Assembly (NCBI GenBank): GCA_051003195.1
Contig: JBPCLP010000045.1
Coordinates: forward strand, 32,001-96,000
Reading direction: 5' to 3'
DNA: 64,000 bases
Source of the DNA: Candidatus Sumerlaeaceae bacterium
Lineage (GTDB): Bacteria > Sumerlaeota > Sumerlaeia > Sumerlaeales > Sumerlaeaceae
Part shown: piece after piece, positions 60,188-64,000 of the stretch
Numbering within the stretch: position 1 is the stretch's first letter
How the letters are laid out: the number at the start of each line of letters is the position of its first letter
The notes under the pieces: generated by a model
The model's input: only the letters and a program-made list of their open reading frames with translations
Database searches by the model: none
What the model was told of the DNA's origin: nothing
Made by a program: the position numbers and the translations under genes

Positions 60188-60941
60188 CCGCAGAAGCATC
60201 CGCAAGATCCGATAGCATCGCAGTGTTCGGAGTTCGGCCCGTATTCAAAGTCGACGGTGCGTAAATAGGCGGATGCGTGTATGGCAGCGGCGCAACGTAG
60301 TTTACATAACTACGCAATGTAGGGGGTGAGTTGAAGTCTGTCGCCGCCCACTCCGATCGTTCCGTATACCCGCATGGCTGGCACTTGGGTATGATGTAGG
60401 AGTCCACCGCGACGGCACCCACGATGATCGGGTTCGCCGGACCGGCGATTGACGGGCCCAGGATCGGCACACTCTTCACTGCGCTGCCTAAAAAGGGCAC
60501 CTGGCCAAGCGTGGTCGGCACGGTTGCCGCCCCTGCCGCTTTGCCGATAAGTGGTACGGCGCCGATAAACTTTCCGTAAATAGGCAGCTTCTCGCCGCAT
60601 ACCGGCAGGTGCGTAATGGCTTTGCCATAGATTGGAATGTCCTTCACCTTGCCGAAGGCCACTGCATTGCGAGCTGCACTGCCCACAACCTTAAGAGTCA
60701 CACCGCCCGCGATTCCAAGCGCTGTAACATGAACAACCCGTTCCATCTGCGTACAATTGTCGAGACTGTCATCGTCTGCGCAAGGTGCCACACAACTTGC
60801 CATCGGCTGCGCGGCTGGATCGTTCACGCTCATGTCAGCGCCACTCTCCGACGCGAAGCCGGTTTCCCCTGCTTGCGCGCCAGAGCTCATGATCGCCATA
60901 ATACAAGCTGTTGCCATGCACCTAAGCCGATGGATCTTCAT
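60171..60941 (-). CDS. Exported hypothetical protein with short hydrophobic-Pro-Gly repeats
   Basis: AAGGAG SD, signal peptide ending AQA, six copies of the phi-P-phi-x-G motif. Confidence 0.65.
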   Translation of the reverse strand: MKIHRLRCMATACIMAIMSSGAQAGETGFASESGADMSVNDPAAQPMASCVAPCADDDSLDNCTQMERVVHVTALGIAGGVTLKVVGSAARNAVAFGKVKDIPIYGKAITHLPVCGEKLPIYGKFIGAVPLIGKAAGAATVPTTLGQVPFLGSAVKSVPILGPSIAGPANPIIVGAVAVDSYIIPKCQPCGYTERSEWAATDFNSPPTLRSYVNYVAPLPYTHPPIYAPSTLNTGRTPNTAMLSDLADASAVNIPH

Positions 60942-60992
60942 CTCGCCTGCTCCTTTAATACTTCGCCGTGCTACCTGCACCTGCCATGCCAA

Positions 60993-62537
60993 TCACTCTG
61001 CCAGCCGATCCATGTCCCTGAGCCGCTGCACCGCCTGCGCAGCTTCTGCGGACGCCGGCCACTTCTGTCGCAACTCGCTGTACATCGTCCGTGCTCTCTC
61101 AAAATTTCCGGACGCCTCATTCACCAGCCCATAATCATACAACGCCCTGGGCCGCTGCGGTGCCGCCGGAAACCTCTGCAGTACGTCCGCCAGCAACGTA
61201 ACTGCTTGTGCATTTCGATGGGTCGCGATGTAACATTCCGAGATCAAGATAAGAATATCAGCTTCCTCAAATCTACCACGCGATGCATCCACGGCCGGAC
61301 GCAGCACCTCCAACGCGCGTTCGTACTCCTCCAGTGTCAGGTAAGCCTGGCCCAGCCGTAATCGTAGAGGCACTTCGCGATCTGGACTCCCGACCGCCTC
61401 CGTCAACTCGCTTTCCAGCCTGCCCGCTGCCCGCGCAGGCGATTCAGCCGTTATCGGAGTTGGTGTTGCCATGGCTTTCGCACGCGCACGGTTGCGTTTT
61501 TCCAGCTCCGAAAGGAAGCGACTTGTTGGAAAACGTTCCCGAAGAATCTTTTCGGATTCCTCTGACTTTTCAGGAAGCGGCTCCAGTAACGCGGCCAAAA
61601 AAAGTGCCCGTGGTGTTAGTCCGGATGAGGGATGATTGGCTGCATAATCGCGAAACAACTGCGCGGCCTGCGGGAAGTTACCACTCCGGCCAGCCTTCAC
61701 TGCTTCAATATATTCTGAGCGAATGACCTCGTTCTGCTCGTAAGCCGGGTTCGGCATTCCAAGGTCGGCGGCTTCCAGTGTTGGGGAGGATTGCGGCGCC
61801 TCGGCAGTTGTTGCAGTTGTTACAACATCGACATTCACCCCGGCAAATCCGGCGGCTTTTAGCGGCGGTTCAGGCGCGGAAGCTGAGGTTTCGTCCGTGT
61901 TCGCTACAGCGCTTTTGACCGATAGCGTCTGCGCGTCGGAAGGAACAGCGGGAACTGCTGGTATGCCGCCCTGCGCACCTGGTGCAAGTACCGCCGCATT
62001 ATCTTCCGTGCTCGGCGCAAATTGCGAACGCTGGCTTTCTGGTTCGGGATCCAGTCGCAGTCGGGTGCTAGACGCTGGCGGCGAGGAGGGCTCCACATCC
62101 TCTTCCATGCGTAAATCGTGAGTGCTGGGCGGAACGGGTGTCGGTGTCACCTTTGGTCCGGCAATTCGGGGGCCCAGGAACGGTATGGCGCGGATCATCC
62201 CTTTCACCAGGCCCGGTTTTTTTTCTGCCTTTGGAGTTTCCTGTTCTCGAGACTGAACGCGCGCCTTTTCGGGAACGGGCGCCGGCGCAAACTGCGGCGG
62301 ATCCTCGATGTGCACTTTCGGTGCTGCCTGTAAAATAGAGAGAGGGCTGACTGAAGTCGTCTGCGCGGCATCAGTTGCTGGAAGGCCTTGCGCCGAGCCA
62401 GAAGATGCAACCATCATGACCAGGCTGAGCATACCAAATTGTGCTGGCACGAGGTAAGCGACCAACAATATTACGCCTTGCCTGGGACCGACGATTGCTA
62501 TTTCTTGCACCTTTTGCTGTTGCGGATTATACTTCAT
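60993..62537 (-). CDS. Exported TPR protein (CpoB/BamD-like C-terminal TPRs, disordered N-terminal half)
   Basis: FRDYAANHPSSGLTPRALF, LQRFPAAPQRPRALYDYG, LRQKWPASAEA. Start uncertain. Confidence 0.8.
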   Translation of the reverse strand: MKYNPQQQKVQEIAIVGPRQGVILLVAYLVPAQFGMLSLVMMVASSGSAQGLPATDAAQTTSVSPLSILQAAPKVHIEDPPQFAPAPVPEKARVQSREQETPKAEKKPGLVKGMIRAIPFLGPRIAGPKVTPTPVPPSTHDLRMEEDVEPSSPPASSTRLRLDPEPESQRSQFAPSTEDNAAVLAPGAQGGIPAVPAVPSDAQTLSVKSAVANTDETSASAPEPPLKAAGFAGVNVDVVTTATTAEAPQSSPTLEAADLGMPNPAYEQNEVIRSEYIEAVKAGRSGNFPQAAQLFRDYAANHPSSGLTPRALFLAALLEPLPEKSEESEKILRERFPTSRFLSELEKRNRARAKAMATPTPITAESPARAAGRLESELTEAVGSPDREVPLRLRLGQAYLTLEEYERALEVLRPAVDASRGRFEEADILILISECYIATHRNAQAVTLLADVLQRFPAAPQRPRALYDYGLVNEASGNFERARTMYSELRQKWPASAEAAQAVQRLRDMDRLAE

Positions 62538-62598
62538 TGCAGGGTTGGCTGCTTAACTTGTTCTCTGATTTCAATGGAATTGAGAGGGAATCCAGCTG

Positions 62599-63333
62599 TT
62601 GAGCCGTGCGCCGCGCATAAGCATCATAATTCCCACACGCAATGAAGAGCAGGCCATCACCAGCCTACTGCGGTCGCTTTCCCGTCAGGATCGCATTGAC
62701 GATTGTCAGGTAATCGTAGTAGACGGCAATAGTAGCGACGACACAGCGGAACTCGCTTCGGCGTTTCCGTTCGTTCAGGTATTATCCACCACGCCCGGAC
62801 TGGTTCCGCAAATGAACTTCGGCGCACAAATGGCCAATGCGGAGATCCTCTGGTTCGTACACGCCGATACAACACTGCCCAACCGGGCGACCATTGATTC
62901 GATCGTGCAAGCCATGGCCGATCCGGAAGTCGTCGGGGGCGCATGCCGCTTTCATCTCCGCGGCGACGATCTGTATTTCAAATTCGTCAACTCGCTTGTA
63001 AACCTCCGCGCAAGGGTTTTGGGACGCCCCTATGGTGACCAGGGCATTTTTGCGCGAACCGCCGCTTTCCGGAAAATTGGGGGCTTTCGTCCGCTTAGTA
63101 GCTGCGCGGACATCGATTTTGTCATGCGCCTTCGTCGCGAAGGGTCCATCCGCGTGGTGCCCGCTCGTGTGGAAACCAGCGCACGGACATGGCATCGGTA
63201 TGGTAAAATAACTACCACCGTCTGGCATTTGAAAGAATGGCTGGCATTTGAGTGGGATCGTTTATTCCGCAGTGGCAAAGCATCGGATTTGCAAGTTCAG
63301 CCGTTGCAGGAACCCACCAAAAAGACCTCCTGA
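62599..63333 (+). CDS. GT2 glycosyltransferase, TIGR04283-like
   Basis: ISIIIPTRNEE, VVDGNSSDDT, QMNFGA, FVHADT, PYGDQGIF, TSAR. Confidence 0.88.
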   Translation: MSRAPRISIIIPTRNEEQAITSLLRSLSRQDRIDDCQVIVVDGNSSDDTAELASAFPFVQVLSTTPGLVPQMNFGAQMANAEILWFVHADTTLPNRATIDSIVQAMADPEVVGGACRFHLRGDDLYFKFVNSLVNLRARVLGRPYGDQGIFARTAAFRKIGGFRPLSSCADIDFVMRLRREGSIRVVPARVETSARTWHRYGKITTTVWHLKEWLAFEWDRLFRSGKASDLQVQPLQEPTKKTS

Positions 63334-63429
63334 TACGTATCTCCCTCGTGGTCTGGCACCTGCCTTGCCCTTTAACCCCTCATAGTAAGCACATCTACTC
63401 GCTGGGATATCCCTGCGTGAGGAGGAAAC

Positions 63430-64000
63430 ATGATGAAAGAGGATCGCAAAAACGACGTAAGAATTGACGCTGCCGGTGTGGGGGATGGCGAACTGAATCC
63501 GGATCCAATTACTGGAGCACCTGGAGCCCACCCGATTGGGACTGGAATTGGCGCTGCCAGCGCGGGTGCAGTAGGGGCCGCAATTGGTGCGGTGGCAGGT
63601 CCCGTCGGTTCGCTTGCGGGTGCCGCTATTGGGGCAATAGTAGGTGGTCTCGCCGGCAAAGGCGTGGCGGAAGCCATCGACCCGACAGCCGAAGACGCTT
63701 ACTGGCAGGAGAACTACCGGAACCGCCCGTATATTGAATCAGGAACGACATACGATGAATATCAGCCGGCCTATCGCTACGGCTGGGAAAGCCGTGTACG
63801 CCATCACGACCGTAAGTTCGAAGATGTGGAACATGACCTCAGCCGCGACTGGGAGAAGGTAAAAGGAAAAAGCCGCCTCAGCTGGGAGAAGGCAAAACAC
63901 GCAACGCGCGATGCTTTCCATCGCTTTGACACTCACCGAAACACCGGTTCCGCTGGTCTATCTGACCGGGCAGCTACAATGGGCGATAACGTTGGAGCAA
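63430..64000 (+). CDS. Glycine-zipper domain protein (runs off the window edge)
   Basis: GAGGAGG SD; manual translation DPITGAPGAHPIGTGIGAA...GGLAGKGVAEAIDPTAEDAYW...PAYRYGW...WEKAKHATRDA; no stop within the window. Confidence 0.85.
   Translation, partial: MMKEDRKNDVRIDAAGVGDGELNPDPITGAPGAHPIGTGIGAASAGAVGAAIGAVAGPVGSLAGAAIGAIVGGLAGKGVAEAIDPTAEDAYWQENYRNRPYIESGTTYDEYQPAYRYGWESRVRHHDRKFEDVEHDLSRDWEKVKGKSRLSWEKAKHATRDAFHRFDTHRNTGSAGLSDRAATMGDNVGA

Overview
Bacterial chromosomal window of about 44 CDS with moderately high GC. Taxonomy is an inference: two prepilin-like genes carrying NFLEAQTRAKxSRV, TTPIAY and YDxTNGTVSxG motifs suggest Candidatus Sumerlaeota (BRC1). Content is mostly housekeeping genes in unusually fragmented operons (ilvB fragment, pdxH, purD, purM, rnr, rne/rng, plsX, rpmF, panC, carA, tsf, gyrB, yajC-HD-secDF, an EF-G paralogue, glnD). 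These are interleaved with many exported proteins, an ECF sigma/anti-sigma pair, a two-component pair and a small AT-rich islet near 49.6-51.25 kb. I saw no tRNA, rRNA, CRISPR array or intact transposase. Top leads: (1) a [T/S][T/S]x[T/S] motif (TTGT, TSGT, TSAT, TSET) dense in periplasmic proteins and nearly absent from cytoplasmic enzymes, a candidate lineage-specific glycosylation sequon; (2) an RNase E/G with about 650 aa of disordered sequence inside its S1 domain, convergent with RNase R, whose Shine-Dalgarno lies in a hairpin stem; (3) several apparent pseudo-enzymes (M48 without HExxH, clan GH-A hydrolase with Gly at the nucleophile position, EF-G paralogue with DVPGT and NKIN); (4) a possible orphan toxin-tip/immunity remnant bounded by a 21-bp direct repeat, next to a three-hairpin sRNA candidate; (5) inverted octamer arrays framing the tsf/gyrB terminator. 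All family calls come from reading motifs by eye, not from database searches.
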